Of a stretch of DNA of 64,000 bases, positions 1 to 8,686 are shown in pieces. The translations under genes and the position numbers were made by a program. The notes under the pieces were generated by a model. That model searched no databases and was not told where the DNA came from. It was given only the letters and a program-made list of their open reading frames with translations. Source of the stretch: an uncultured virus (IMG/VR IMGVR_UViG_3300033142_001620) (taxonomy: Duplodnaviria; Heunggongvirae; Uroviricota; Caudoviricetes); IMG/VR virus record IMGVR_UViG_3300033142_001620; one strand, 5' to 3'. The first letter of the stretch is position 1; every line of letters begins with the position of its first letter.

Positions 1-73
1 GCATTTTATGAAAGTTATCAATTGTTGATAACTTTCAATAAATATTAATCTTTTTTAGAAAAGGATTTGAAAA

Positions 74-559
74 ATGAATAACACACAGACAAAAAGCGCA
101 GTAATTGACAAAACGAATGAAATTGACTTAAATTCTCCGAAGTGCTCAATTTTTGGAAGTGCAAAAGAAAATAATCCAGCTTGCACAGAATGTGAAAAAA
201 AATTCAATGCAAGGAATAAAGCTTGTCTTGAATTGACTACAAAAACTGCGAAAAATAAAAAACTCAAAAAAGTAGCTGGAAGTAATTTGGATTGCTTTGG
301 ATGTAATATTAATGAGGATACACATTTATTTGTAAAGGAAATTTATAAAAATACTCACACTATGAAAGCTATCAAAGCTTGTAGCTGGAATAAAAATTCC
401 AGTACTTTTTATTGTAAAGCGAATACTTTAATTGAAAAAGGACTACTGCTTAAAAATAAAAAGTCAAAGTCTTATTCTTTAAGCTCAAAAGGAAATAAGA
501 TTTTTAAAAGTTGGATTGAAAAAAGAAAAAGTGAAAGCAAAAAAGAAGCTACTGGATAG
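74..559 (+). CDS. Basic putative DNA-binding protein (N-terminal Cys cluster, C-terminal wHTH-like domain); paralog of 19188..19751
   Basis: ORF with SD (AAGGA); C-x12-CxxC-x9-C; C-terminal segment aligns by eye with 19188..19751 (TMKAIKACSWNKNSSTFY..LIEKGL vs TMKEVKELAWNDKNATFY..LVEKGL). Confidence 0.6.
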   Translation: MNNTQTKSAVIDKTNEIDLNSPKCSIFGSAKENNPACTECEKKFNARNKACLELTTKTAKNKKLKKVAGSNLDCFGCNINEDTHLFVKEIYKNTHTMKAIKACSWNKNSSTFYCKANTLIEKGLLLKNKKSKSYSLSSKGNKIFKSWIEKRKSESKKEATG

Positions 560-690
560 CTTGAAGGATTGACAAGCTTAATTTGCTTGTCAATCTTATT
601 AAATGCATAGTGTATACTTTTCTATGCATTTAATAAGATAATGCAAGGAAAACGATTTCACAAAGACAAAAAACACAGGGAGGAAAAATC

Positions 691-921
691 ATGGAAAATG
701 CACATCCTGTAGGTATCACATGGGGAAATCCTGTCATCACAGGACATCCTGAGGCTAAGGTATCACACATGACTGACATGTGTATGAAGGCACACCTGAT
801 GAACGAGTGCGGAGCGATTGAGTGTGGGTGCGATCAGCGTACTTGCTTGAAGTATGAAAAAGCAAGGTTTCTGAATCAATGCAAATTTCAGAAGTTCGAT
901 GGTTTTTGCGACTACGTTTAA
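691..921 (+). CDS. Hypothetical Cys-rich protein
   Basis: GGGAGG SD, 76-aa ORF. Confidence 0.65.
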   Translation: MENAHPVGITWGNPVITGHPEAKVSHMTDMCMKAHLMNECGAIECGCDQRTCLKYEKARFLNQCKFQKFDGFCDYV

Positions 922-999
922 TTGTTGCTGGGTATTCAAACTGCTTGATTGTAGTTTGGGTACTCAAGAATGATTAAATAATAACAAAGGAGGTAGGAA

Positions 1000-1266
1000 A
1001 TGAACTCATTGGAAAAGGTAAAGTCTTTTATGATTAAAAAAAATAATGTTGAAATAATCAAAAGTCTTTATGATAGGTGGCAGCACGAAAAGGAATATGA
1101 GGATTGGGCTGATTATGAAATAGCAATGAAAAATCTGTGGGGAAGCGACATAGTAAAAGGAACAAAAAGACCTTTTGGATTTTATGTCAATGTCAATGGC
1201 ACCAAATATCATATCAAATTAAAATTAACAAGAACAACAATGGGTATGTGTGCTTCGTATTATTAA
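1000..1266 (+). CDS. Hypothetical protein
   Basis: AAGGAGGT SD, 88 aa. Confidence 0.75.
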   Translation: MNSLEKVKSFMIKKNNVEIIKSLYDRWQHEKEYEDWADYEIAMKNLWGSDIVKGTKRPFGFYVNVNGTKYHIKLKLTRTTMGMCASYY

Positions 1267-1282
1267 CAAGGAGGTAAATGTT

Positions 1283-1351
1283 ATGTGGAGGCAAATTGTG
1301 TTTTACATATCGTTAATTGTTTTACTGGGTGTTTTAGCTTACACTTATTAA
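1283..1351 (+). CDS. Small membrane peptide (MWRQIVFYISLIVLLGVLAYTY)
   Basis: AAGGAGGT SD, 22-aa hydrophobic ORF; below the ORF-track cutoff, translated by hand. Confidence 0.5.
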   Translation: MWRQIVFYISLIVLLGVLAYTY

Positions 1352-1422
1352 TCATTGTTAGGCATCTTGACTTGATTGACAGATTGAGTCAAGGTGCCAA
1401 TAGAATGATTAAAATATTTTAT

Positions 1423-1460
1423 CGAGAAAATTTCATAGGGAAATTTTGTCGAGAAAATTC
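1423..1460. promoter_or_regulatory. Triple CGRGAAAWTTT-like box (putative operator), copy 1
   Basis: cgagaaaatttcat-agggaaattttgt-cgagaaaattc immediately before the SD of 1480. Confidence 0.45.
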
Positions 1461-1479
1461 TAAAAGGAGGTGAGAAATT

Positions 1480-1842
1480 ATGAGAGAGCATGAAAAAGAG
1501 GTAGTTGATGCCTTGTATAAATACGTGAATAAAGTATTGGAAGAGTCTGGTCATCTTGATACTGTCTTGGAAATGGGCAAAATGAGAGTTGATGGAGAAG
1601 CAAACAGATGGTTATTTGAAGTAGCAGAATTATCTGGCACTTTTGTATTCACACATAAGGACTTTGAGGTATATGCAACTCCCTATTATGAATGTGCTGA
1701 AGGTCTCGCTTATGCTATTTACGAAGATGGTGAAATTATAACTGAAGGTACTATTCCACTTATTACAACTGGAAATTCCCCAAACGATACTGACAATTAT
1801 ATAGGTATGATTGATGATTTGATGGAAACGTATCGCCTTTAA
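1480..1842 (+). CDS. Hypothetical acidic protein
   Basis: AAGGAGGTGAGAAATT SD, 120 aa. Confidence 0.8.
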   Translation: MREHEKEVVDALYKYVNKVLEESGHLDTVLEMGKMRVDGEANRWLFEVAELSGTFVFTHKDFEVYATPYYECAEGLAYAIYEDGEIITEGTIPLITTGNSPNDTDNYIGMIDDLMETYRL

Positions 1843-1931
1843 TACTTGCTGGGTATTCTGAAGAGAAAATTTCAGAATACTCAAGAGGTATTAACCTCTG
1901 TAACACTAATTCTAACAGGAGGTAAGAAATT

Positions 1932-2627
1932 ATGGAAAAAGAAAAGGTAATGTCTTGGGTACAAAAACTGATGACCAAAGCTATGCATCCTAACACGCCT
2001 AAGCACGAAGTAGAGGCATGTGAGGATAAAGCAGCACAGCTAATGGCTCGGTATAAAATTACGATGATCGAAGCAGCCCAAACAAAAGAGTCTTCTGACC
2101 CTCTCGATGGAATAGAAAGAGGTAACTCAGACTTTATCGACGGTGGAAAATCGACTGATTGGGGATACTTCTTGGGATTTGGAATTGCAAGAGCCTTTGA
2201 CTGTAAGGGTATCTCAACAAAACGTACAAAACGATTTGCCTTCATGGGCTATGCTGATGATGTCGATACATGTAAATGGTTCTTTGACTATTTGCAGATA
2301 GAAATTTATGTATGGGCAGAGAAATTCAGCAAGGCTAAAAAGAAGCGAAACTCCTATGCAAGAGGGATGGTGGAGATTATAGCATACAGATTGGCAAGTC
2401 TGTATGCAAAGGTGGAAGAAATTATCCCTTCTGATTGTCGAGCATTGGTTGTTGTCAGAAATGAGAATGTAAAAAGGTTTGCAAAGGAAGAGTTTCCCAA
2501 CGCAACTACAATAAAGTCAAACAAACTTACCACGGATGCGTACATAACAGGAAGAGAAGATGGTAAAAATATTGACTTAGCGAATCACAACAGAGCCAAG
2601 GTATCCGAGCAAGCTAAAATAGCATAA
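1932..2627 (+). CDS. DUF2786-like domain protein
   Basis: N-terminal VQKLMTKA..PNTPKHEVEACEDKAAQLMARYKI pattern; C-terminal AYITGREDG. Confidence 0.75.
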   Translation: MEKEKVMSWVQKLMTKAMHPNTPKHEVEACEDKAAQLMARYKITMIEAAQTKESSDPLDGIERGNSDFIDGGKSTDWGYFLGFGIARAFDCKGISTKRTKRFAFMGYADDVDTCKWFFDYLQIEIYVWAEKFSKAKKKRNSYARGMVEIIAYRLASLYAKVEEIIPSDCRALVVVRNENVKRFAKEEFPNATTIKSNKLTTDAYITGREDGKNIDLANHNRAKVSEQAKIA

Positions 2628-2737
2628 GAGAATAGGCGGACACGCTCCGCCTTTCTCACTAAGGGTGCGAGAAATTTTCGTGCCTTTAGTGAGGAAAAAC
2701 CCTCAGAAATTATTAACCCTTAACAGGAGGTAAGAAA

Positions 2738-3595
2738 ATGGAAACAACAGAAAGAAACGAGATCATTGGCAAAATCCGGGCAAAGTATCCTGAAATCCTT
2801 TTCCCAAATGTGTATCTTGACCCAATTTGGAGAGGAATTGATGGAAAAGAGCAGGTGAAGGGTAAATCTGCTATCGTAATGGAGCGAGATGGAGAAGAGC
2901 AGGTCACCGCTGTATGCACTGACCAGTACAAAATCGTTGAGCATGAGGTTGCCGTTGACCAATTTGAACGTGTTGTCGGTTCTTTTGAAGAGTACGGAAA
3001 ACCTACAATCAGCGTAAGTCTCCTGTCAGGTGGTGCGAAGCTTGCGTGTACTGCCTCTTTTCCTGAATGTGCAACAAAAGTCGGGAAAGATTTGCTCCGT
3101 CCCAAAGCAGGAATTAAAAACTCCATTGATTTAGGATGGGAATATGAAAGCTGGTTTGGTGCGATGGTGGAACGCTGTACAAATGGTCTTCTGATGTTCA
3201 AGAGACTTATAAACGGAAGACAAAAACACCGCTTGAGTCTCGACCTGTCCGAACACATGAGCAACATGTCATTGGGTATGGGGAGAATGTCCGAACAGTA
3301 TCAAATTTGGGGAAGTTGGTCAAAAGTGCTGCTTAACAAAGCAGAGGCAGACACACTTCTGGATGCCCTTCCCATCTCTGAGACTCAGACTGAGAAAATT
3401 CTTGAACTGCCCGAAATCGGAACTGGAATGGTTCTAAAGGAAAAGCTCAACAAGGGTGCTCATGTATCTGGATGGGATGTCAATTCATTGGTAACTCAAT
3501 ACTTTTCCAATGAGGTTAACGAAAGTGCTTCAAGGATTGACAAGGAAAGTGCCATCTCCGAAGCAATGCACAGACAGATGGCAAAGAGAAAATAA
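2738..3595 (+). CDS. DUF932-like protein
   Basis: QYKIVEH, IKNSIDL, ERCTNGL and KHR motifs typical of DUF932/DUF945. Confidence 0.7.
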   Translation: METTERNEIIGKIRAKYPEILFPNVYLDPIWRGIDGKEQVKGKSAIVMERDGEEQVTAVCTDQYKIVEHEVAVDQFERVVGSFEEYGKPTISVSLLSGGAKLACTASFPECATKVGKDLLRPKAGIKNSIDLGWEYESWFGAMVERCTNGLLMFKRLINGRQKHRLSLDLSEHMSNMSLGMGRMSEQYQIWGSWSKVLLNKAEADTLLDALPISETQTEKILELPEIGTGMVLKEKLNKGAHVSGWDVNSLVTQYFSNEVNESASRIDKESAISEAMHRQMAKRK

Positions 3596-3606
3596 GGAGG
3601 TGCACA

Positions 3607-3804
3607 ATGAACTGGTTGTGCCTAATCATGGAAAATAGTAAATATCCCTTCAAAAGGAAGCCTTTTTTCTGTGATACAACAGAATCCAATATTATTTGGC
3701 ACGCACACAGACTTGGCATTGTGTTACGTTCAAGCCATTCTCAAGTGCATTGGACAGAGAAAGGTGCAAAGTTAGCAAGAAAGTATTTTTATTCAAGGAG
3801 GTGA
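3607..3804 (+). CDS. Hypothetical protein
   Basis: AAGGAGGT SD. Confidence 0.6.
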   Translation: MNWLCLIMENSKYPFKRKPFFCDTTESNIIWHAHRLGIVLRSSHSQVHWTEKGAKLARKYFYSRR

Positions 3805-3885
3805 GAATATGGATTGAAGGTGCGGGAGGAACGCTGGTTCCTCCCAATCCTTGAGTTTATATTAATCAAAAGGAGGTGAGAAAAT

Positions 3886-4110
3886 ATGACATTAGCTGAA
3901 GCCAAAGGCTTAGCGTATGGGCAGATTGTTTATCATAAGTTCAATAAAAATGCTGATGGCACCCCTCAACGATGGAAAGTCAATGGGCAAGTCAAGACAT
4001 GGAAGAGGGACGAGAGTAGAGTTCAGGTTCCTGTAAAACATGGGCTTTATACTTTCGATCACATAGAAGAAGGTATGCTGTCTTTTTTATCCTTGACTGA
4101 AAAATTTTAA
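3886..4110 (+). CDS. Hypothetical phage protein
   Basis: AAGGAGGTGAGAAAAT SD; NADGTPQRWKVNGQVKTWKR..VPVKHGLY motif. Confidence 0.8.
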   Translation: MTLAEAKGLAYGQIVYHKFNKNADGTPQRWKVNGQVKTWKRDESRVQVPVKHGLYTFDHIEEGMLSFLSLTEKF

Positions 4111-4143
4111 TAAGAACCATCAAACAAAAGGAGGTGAGAAAAT

Positions 4144-4551
4144 ATGAGTGAAGATGCCATTATTTATTTGGATGAAATTGCTAAAGGTTTTACAGACGAA
4201 GAAAAAAGAATGGCTGCCCTTGTCATAAATCGTTATGGAGAGGAAAGCCCAGTCTGTACTGAGAAAAATGTATTTCACTTTGGTAGAAATCATCTGATAC
4301 ATTGTATCAAACACGCAAAGGCTGAATTGTATATCAATGATACTGGCATGCCAATAATTAATTCGCTGATGAAAAAATTATGGGTAAAAAGAACCTCAAT
4401 GTATATTGATGAGTTGCTTATCGTTATTAATGACATTGAAGAGCAGTATAGGGAAGGTATTATTGACAAGACAGAAACATTGGCAGAAATATCCAAATTG
4501 GTATTAACAGAAATCATTAAAAATTCAAAGGACAACAAACTGCTGGGATAG
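4144..4551 (+). CDS. Hypothetical protein
   Basis: AAGGAGGTGAGAAAAT SD, 135 aa. Confidence 0.75.
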   Translation: MSEDAIIYLDEIAKGFTDEEKRMAALVINRYGEESPVCTEKNVFHFGRNHLIHCIKHAKAELYINDTGMPIINSLMKKLWVKRTSMYIDELLIVINDIEEQYREGIIDKTETLAEISKLVLTEIIKNSKDNKLLG

Positions 4552-4561
4552 GGAGGAACTG

Positions 4562-4747
4562 ATGGAAATAAGCGCAAAATTAAAAGCAGCATTAAACCCA
4601 GAAAAAGCTCTTTTCTCTACCGGAGATAGAAACTACTTTGCTGACCCACGCTGGGAGACAGCGAGAAAATTGGCAAATGAATCAAAATATGCTGAATGCC
4701 AAAGATTAGTTGCTAAAATCGACAGAGACTTTGGTAATAATTATTAA
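4562..4747 (+). CDS. Hypothetical protein
   Basis: GGGAGG SD, 61 aa. Confidence 0.65.
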   Translation: MEISAKLKAALNPEKALFSTGDRNYFADPRWETARKLANESKYAECQRLVAKIDRDFGNNY

Positions 4748-4945
4748 TTCTCCGGTTCTGCTTATAAGGGTGACTTTATAAGCAGACTTGGACAATTAAC
4801 ACGAACCCTGCTATATATTGCTAAAACCTTGACGCTCAGACGTACGGTTTTTCGATTATTATTAAAAACGCATAGCAGACTAAGCATAAATTGAGATGAT
4901 TCAATGTGAATGAACTCAGGAACTACAAAAAGGAGGTAGGAAATT

Positions 4946-5380
4946 ATGACAGAAAATAACGGAGCAATGACATTGCACGATAGGCTAATGTGGACGGCAG
5001 AGGAATTTATCAAGGACTATCGGGATGACCTTTTGCTCCATGATAAAAATGCTATCGCAAACAATCAGGGTGTGCCCTTCTTGCATTTCACAGGAGAGTC
5101 TGGCACAATCATAGAATTTCTTTTGCCATATGGGAAATTTCCAAAGAAAGGTGAAAGGATTCCATTTCTATTCGGAAAAGCAGACAGAAGGCACATACTG
5201 AATGAAATAAAAAGTATGGTTTTCTATGCAAGGAAATCTACCCGTCAAGATTGCATCATGTATTATGATGGAATGACCGAAACACACAATCTGTTTGACA
5301 TTTCACAAAACCAGGCAGAAGAAATTGTTATCGCTTATTATGAAAAGATGGATGCCATTTTTAATTTGTCTGTATATTGA
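4946..5380 (+). CDS. Hypothetical protein
   Basis: AAGGAGGT SD, 144 aa. Confidence 0.8.
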   Translation: MTENNGAMTLHDRLMWTAEEFIKDYRDDLLLHDKNAIANNQGVPFLHFTGESGTIIEFLLPYGKFPKKGERIPFLFGKADRRHILNEIKSMVFYARKSTRQDCIMYYDGMTETHNLFDISQNQAEEIVIAYYEKMDAIFNLSVY

Positions 5381-5398
5381 AAGAGGAGGTGAGAAAAT

Positions 5399-6127
5399 AT
5401 GGATATTGTCCTGAACGACCTGTCAATAGAAGTTACCAGAAGATGCAACATGGAATGTTTGCATTGTCTTAGAGGCAAAGCACAGAACCTTGACTTTGAT
5501 ATAGAATATCTTGACCAGCTAATACACGCCGGTGTTACAAGGATTAGTTCTATTACTCTATCAGGAGGCGAGCCAACAATAGCATTGGATGTAATTTCTA
5601 ATATTAGAAATTGTCTTATGGGGAAAAGAATTGAAGTTGGTGGATTCTATGTTGCAATCAATGGCTCCGAAATTGGAGCAGAATTTGTTAGGGAAATGAT
5701 GGAGTGGTATCTTTTCTGTGAGGATAACGAGATTTCCCAAGTTCAAATAAGCAATGATGAATACCATGATGAAACAATAATTGATAAACATGGTGTCGAG
5801 TTGCTTTCTACCTTGAAGTTTGTTTCCGAAAAATACAGCGAAAAGTACCCTTTATCATATGAAAGAATAATTCCTCAAGGAAGGGCATTAGACTGGGGAC
5901 AGAACAGAAGCCCAATAAAACATGTCCCTACTTCTTTGGAAGTTGAATCACAATTTGGTGAGTTGTATGTAGAAGGAATGGTCTACCTTAATGCAAAAGG
6001 GAACATTGTAGGGTGTTGTGATCTATCCTATAAAACACAAGACAAGGTTGTTATTTGCCATGCGTCTGAATTTAAAGCGCATGTCGAAAAAATAGTGGCA
6101 AAGGAAAAGGAGGCAGAAAAATGTTGA
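5399..6127 (+). CDS. Radical SAM protein
   Basis: CNMECLHC (CxxxCxxC), SGGEP motif, C-terminal GNIVGCC. Confidence 0.9.
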   Translation: MDIVLNDLSIEVTRRCNMECLHCLRGKAQNLDFDIEYLDQLIHAGVTRISSITLSGGEPTIALDVISNIRNCLMGKRIEVGGFYVAINGSEIGAEFVREMMEWYLFCEDNEISQVQISNDEYHDETIIDKHGVELLSTLKFVSEKYSEKYPLSYERIIPQGRALDWGQNRSPIKHVPTSLEVESQFGELYVEGMVYLNAKGNIVGCCDLSYKTQDKVVICHASEFKAHVEKIVAKEKEAEKC

Positions 6128-6282
6128 TTGAGTCTTTTATTCTACAGAACCGAACAGAAATTGATAGGTATGTTTTGGGTATTTATAAACTAACACCGAC
6201 AGATGATGATGAAAGGGAAGATTGGATACTAAATGATGAATCCCTTTATCTATGGGCACAAAATGAAGGAGTTGATATTTAA
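6121..6282 (+). CDS. Small hypothetical protein (53 aa)
   Basis: AAGGAGG SD; WILNDESLYLWA motif; hand-translated. Confidence 0.6.
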   Translation: MLIESFILQNRTEIDRYVLGIYKLTPTDDDEREDWILNDESLYLWAQNEGVDI

Positions 6283-6294
6283 AGGAGGCAGAAA

Positions 6295-6459
6295 ATGCCA
6301 AAGCGTAAACAATATGGAGTCTATGGCATGGGGGACAAAAAATCAATGGTTTATTATATCTATGATAGAATAAATAAATGGCTGGTTCCCGGATTCAGCA
6401 CTAAAAACAAACGTGAAGCAAGGGGAACTGCTAATATGTGGAACACGAAAAGGAGGTGA
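6295..6459 (+). CDS. Small hypothetical protein (54 aa)
   Basis: AAGGAGG SD; hand-translated MPKRKQYGVYG... Confidence 0.55.
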   Translation: MPKRKQYGVYGMGDKKSMVYYIYDRINKWLVPGFSTKNKREARGTANMWNTKRR

Positions 6460-6463
6460 CTGA

Positions 6464-6568
6464 TTGGGAACATTAGAATTTTGCGATTTTATTGCTAAAG
6501 CAACGTTGAAGGCAATTGTAATTATAGTGGGAGGAATGTTGCTATTTATAGGAGTTCTTCTCTGGTAA
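6464..6568 (+). CDS. Small membrane peptide (34 aa, TTG start)
   Basis: AAGGAGGT SD; hydrophobic C-terminus AIVIIVGGMLLFIGVLLW. Confidence 0.45.
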   Translation: MGTLEFCDFIAKATLKAIVIIVGGMLLFIGVLLW

Positions 6569-6571
6569 TCT

Positions 6572-6609
6572 ATGGGCACCCCTGCATCTTAGGGGTGCCC
6601 ATTTTTTTT
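6572..6609 (+). terminator. Rho-independent terminator
   Basis: atgggcacccct-gcatctt-aggggtgcccat stem followed by a T run. Confidence 0.85.
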
Positions 6610-6641
6610 GGTCTAAACTATTTGAAAGGAGGTGAACAATA

Positions 6642-6854
6642 ATGAGAAAACAGAAAACAACCGTGTCAAATAAAAAAGAATTGTTGGTTGCCATTTCAGA
6701 CTCTTATTTTTTTGAAGGGGAAACCACAATTATTCTTAATCATAAAAATGGCACGGCAATCTATAAAATATATTGCCCACTGCCCTGTTTTGAGAAAACC
6801 TTTAAAAGAGTAATAAACAGAATAAAAAGAACCCATTCTAAGTTTTTTGCTTAG
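6642..6854 (+). CDS. Hypothetical protein, paralog of 27035..27289
   Basis: AAGGAGGT SD; VSNKKELL..ETTIILNH..RIKRT matches the paralog. Confidence 0.7.
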   Translation: MRKQKTTVSNKKELLVAISDSYFFEGETTIILNHKNGTAIYKIYCPLPCFEKTFKRVINRIKRTHSKFFA

Positions 6855-6877
6855 AAAATAAAAGGAGGTGAAAAAGT

Positions 6878-7081
6878 ATGTCAACGGTATTCCACGCAGA
6901 AAAAGCTGGCAGGGATGGCTATGAAGAATGGCTAAATGAACTGGGATGTCCCGATGATGATATGGCTCCTGATGGCAGGGTGCCAGTATCACATATGAAC
7001 AGCTATGGAACATGGCTGAGACAGAACGACCCAATTGCATTTAATGTAGGACTACACAAATATGAGTTAGAAAGGAGGTAA
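6878..7081 (+). CDS. Hypothetical phage protein
   Basis: SD; YGTWLRQNDPIAFNVG motif. Confidence 0.75.
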   Translation: MSTVFHAEKAGRDGYEEWLNELGCPDDDMAPDGRVPVSHMNSYGTWLRQNDPIAFNVGLHKYELERR

Positions 7082-7087
7082 GAAATT

Positions 7088-7354
7088 ATGTCAGATATAT
7101 ACAAACTAATGGAAATAAAAGAGGAGATAAAAACCTTAGCAAATGAAGCAATGGATATAGTTAAGGAAATAGGTTATCCTCTCGCACTAAGTAGAGCAAA
7201 CACATTCTGGTATCCTAAAATCCTCAAATCACTTGACAATGAACATTGTTATTTGGGCAATGGATACACCATACAGGACACAATCAATGCAATAAAGGAC
7301 GAAGGCTGGGAAAGCAAGCGACAAGCCCATAAAGGAAAAAACAAACAAGATTAA
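7088..7354 (+). CDS. Hypothetical protein
   Basis: AAGGAGGT SD. Confidence 0.75.
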   Translation: MSDIYKLMEIKEEIKTLANEAMDIVKEIGYPLALSRANTFWYPKILKSLDNEHCYLGNGYTIQDTINAIKDEGWESKRQAHKGKNKQD

Positions 7355-7371
7355 ACAAAATTAAATAAAGC

Positions 7372-7399
7372 TTGACAAAACAATATTCATTGATATATT
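7372..7399 (+). promoter_or_regulatory. Sigma70-type promoter
   Basis: TTGACA at 7372, A-rich UP-like element upstream, TGA-TATATT extended -10. Confidence 0.55.
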
Positions 7400-7433
7400 T
7401 TACTCAGACTATAAAAAAACAAAGGAGAGAATT

Positions 7434-7631
7434 ATGCCATACGCAATCAGTTGGATAGGAACTGAATCTGAAAAAACACATACGGGACCGATTCTAAAAA
7501 AGAGAATTGAGAAGCCTTTAATTCCTGTCATATTCAAGAACATGACAAAAAAAGAAGCCATGGAGTTCTGTGAAGAAGTCAATGACAACCCCACATATGG
7601 GGGCATGGTTCATACAATTGTCAAAGTTTAA
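7434..7631 (+). CDS. Hypothetical protein
   Basis: AAGGAG SD. Confidence 0.7.
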   Translation: MPYAISWIGTESEKTHTGPILKKRIEKPLIPVIFKNMTKKEAMEFCEEVNDNPTYGGMVHTIVKV

Positions 7632-7632
7632 G

Positions 7633-7672
7633 CGAGAAAATTTCGTCGGGAAATTTTCATCGAGAAAATTTT
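7633..7672. promoter_or_regulatory. Triple CGRGAAAWTTT box (putative operator), copy 2
   Basis: cgagaaaatttcgt-cgggaaattttcat-cgagaaaatttt, 14-bp period, intergenic. Confidence 0.5.
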
Positions 7673-7698
7673 AATCATTTTAAAGAAAGGAATAGAAA

Positions 7699-8040
7699 AT
7701 GCCAGACAGAGAAAAAACTAATTCAATCACTCATTTAGTAAAAATCGTGGCACTGGAAGTACTCGAAGACAGACTCCCACAATCGTATAGACTCGCAAGA
7801 GACCATGAAGAGCGTCTTTGTCAACTGGAAGAGTTCTGGAAAAAACCATTGGTGGATACAAAGTTCCTTACAGAACTTGAAAGCGATTTGGAAAATGCAG
7901 GGGGACCATGGTATCCAACTGAGGATAAAAAACTTGAAGCCGAAGTTGATGTCATCCTTAGATTCCTTGCAAAGAAACATGGCAGGACAATTGGGGCAAT
8001 CAAAGCAAGAATAAAAGGGAGAGAACTTATTCGGGGATAA
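7699..8040 (+). CDS. Hypothetical protein with Myb/SANT-like HTH C-terminus
   Basis: PWYPTEDKKL..LAKKHGRTIGAIKARI. Confidence 0.65.
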   Translation: MPDREKTNSITHLVKIVALEVLEDRLPQSYRLARDHEERLCQLEEFWKKPLVDTKFLTELESDLENAGGPWYPTEDKKLEAEVDVILRFLAKKHGRTIGAIKARIKGRELIRG

Positions 8041-8041
8041 T

Positions 8042-8236
8042 ATGGAAAACAAACGATTCAAAGCAACTCTAAACTGGTACGGAGAAGTGAGAGTCTTTTG
8101 GACTGAAGCAAAAAGTAATGCTCGGGCTAAGACTTTCGTTCTCCAAAAGTTCTCTAAGGAAATTGGGATAAATCCAACAGTTGTGAGAGCTTATTTTAAT
8201 GGGAGCAGAGACAACTTCTTAATTAAGGAGGCATGA
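8042..8236 (+). CDS. Hypothetical protein
   Basis: Coupled ORF in operon. Confidence 0.65.
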   Translation: MENKRFKATLNWYGEVRVFWTEAKSNARAKTFVLQKFSKEIGINPTVVRAYFNGSRDNFLIKEA

Positions 8237-8484
8237 TGGAATCAGATATGGCAACAAGCCACTTGCGAGAAATAGCAAACAACACCAAGAAAATAGCTGA
8301 AGCAATGACAGCAACACATACTATCAAATCAGGAAGTGAAACAATTTCAAGTCATCGAATTGGTGCATTAAACAGAATCAGCAAGGCAGTTAAGTACATG
8401 AATGAAATAAGACCTTTTATATTTCACGAAACAAAAAAATTTGACAAAATCAGAGAAATACTTTTAGGAATTGGAGGTGAATAA
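8233..8484 (+). CDS. Hypothetical protein
   Basis: AAGGAGG SD, ATGA overlap. Confidence 0.65.
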   Translation: MMESDMATSHLREIANNTKKIAEAMTATHTIKSGSETISSHRIGALNRISKAVKYMNEIRPFIFHETKKFDKIREILLGIGGE

Positions 8485-8686
8485 TTTGCCATATTATAAA
8501 ACATTCAGCAGTATCTATATGGAAGAGACATTAAAAGGGCAACTTAAAAAGCTGGCTGAGATAGAAAATCGGTCTCTCAACAGCTATATAAATATTGTCC
8601 TTAAAAAACATGTCGATAAGAAACTACCAACAAAATCAATACTTGTGAAGAAAGATAAATTGGTACTGAAAAGGAGGTCGGCATAA
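8471..8686 (+). CDS. Arc/ribbon-helix-helix DNA-binding protein (start may be a few codons downstream)
   Basis: SIYMEETLKGQLKKLAEIENRSLNSYINIVLKKHV; ends KLVLKRR. Confidence 0.75.
   Translation: MEVNNLPYYKTFSSIYMEETLKGQLKKLAEIENRSLNSYINIVLKKHVDKKLPTKSILVKKDKLVLKRRSA

Noticed and set aside
3869..5398. Repeated AGGAGGTGAGAAAATATG as a mobile or repeat element
   Set aside because: It is explained as an optimised ribosome-binding site plus spacer reused by early genes.
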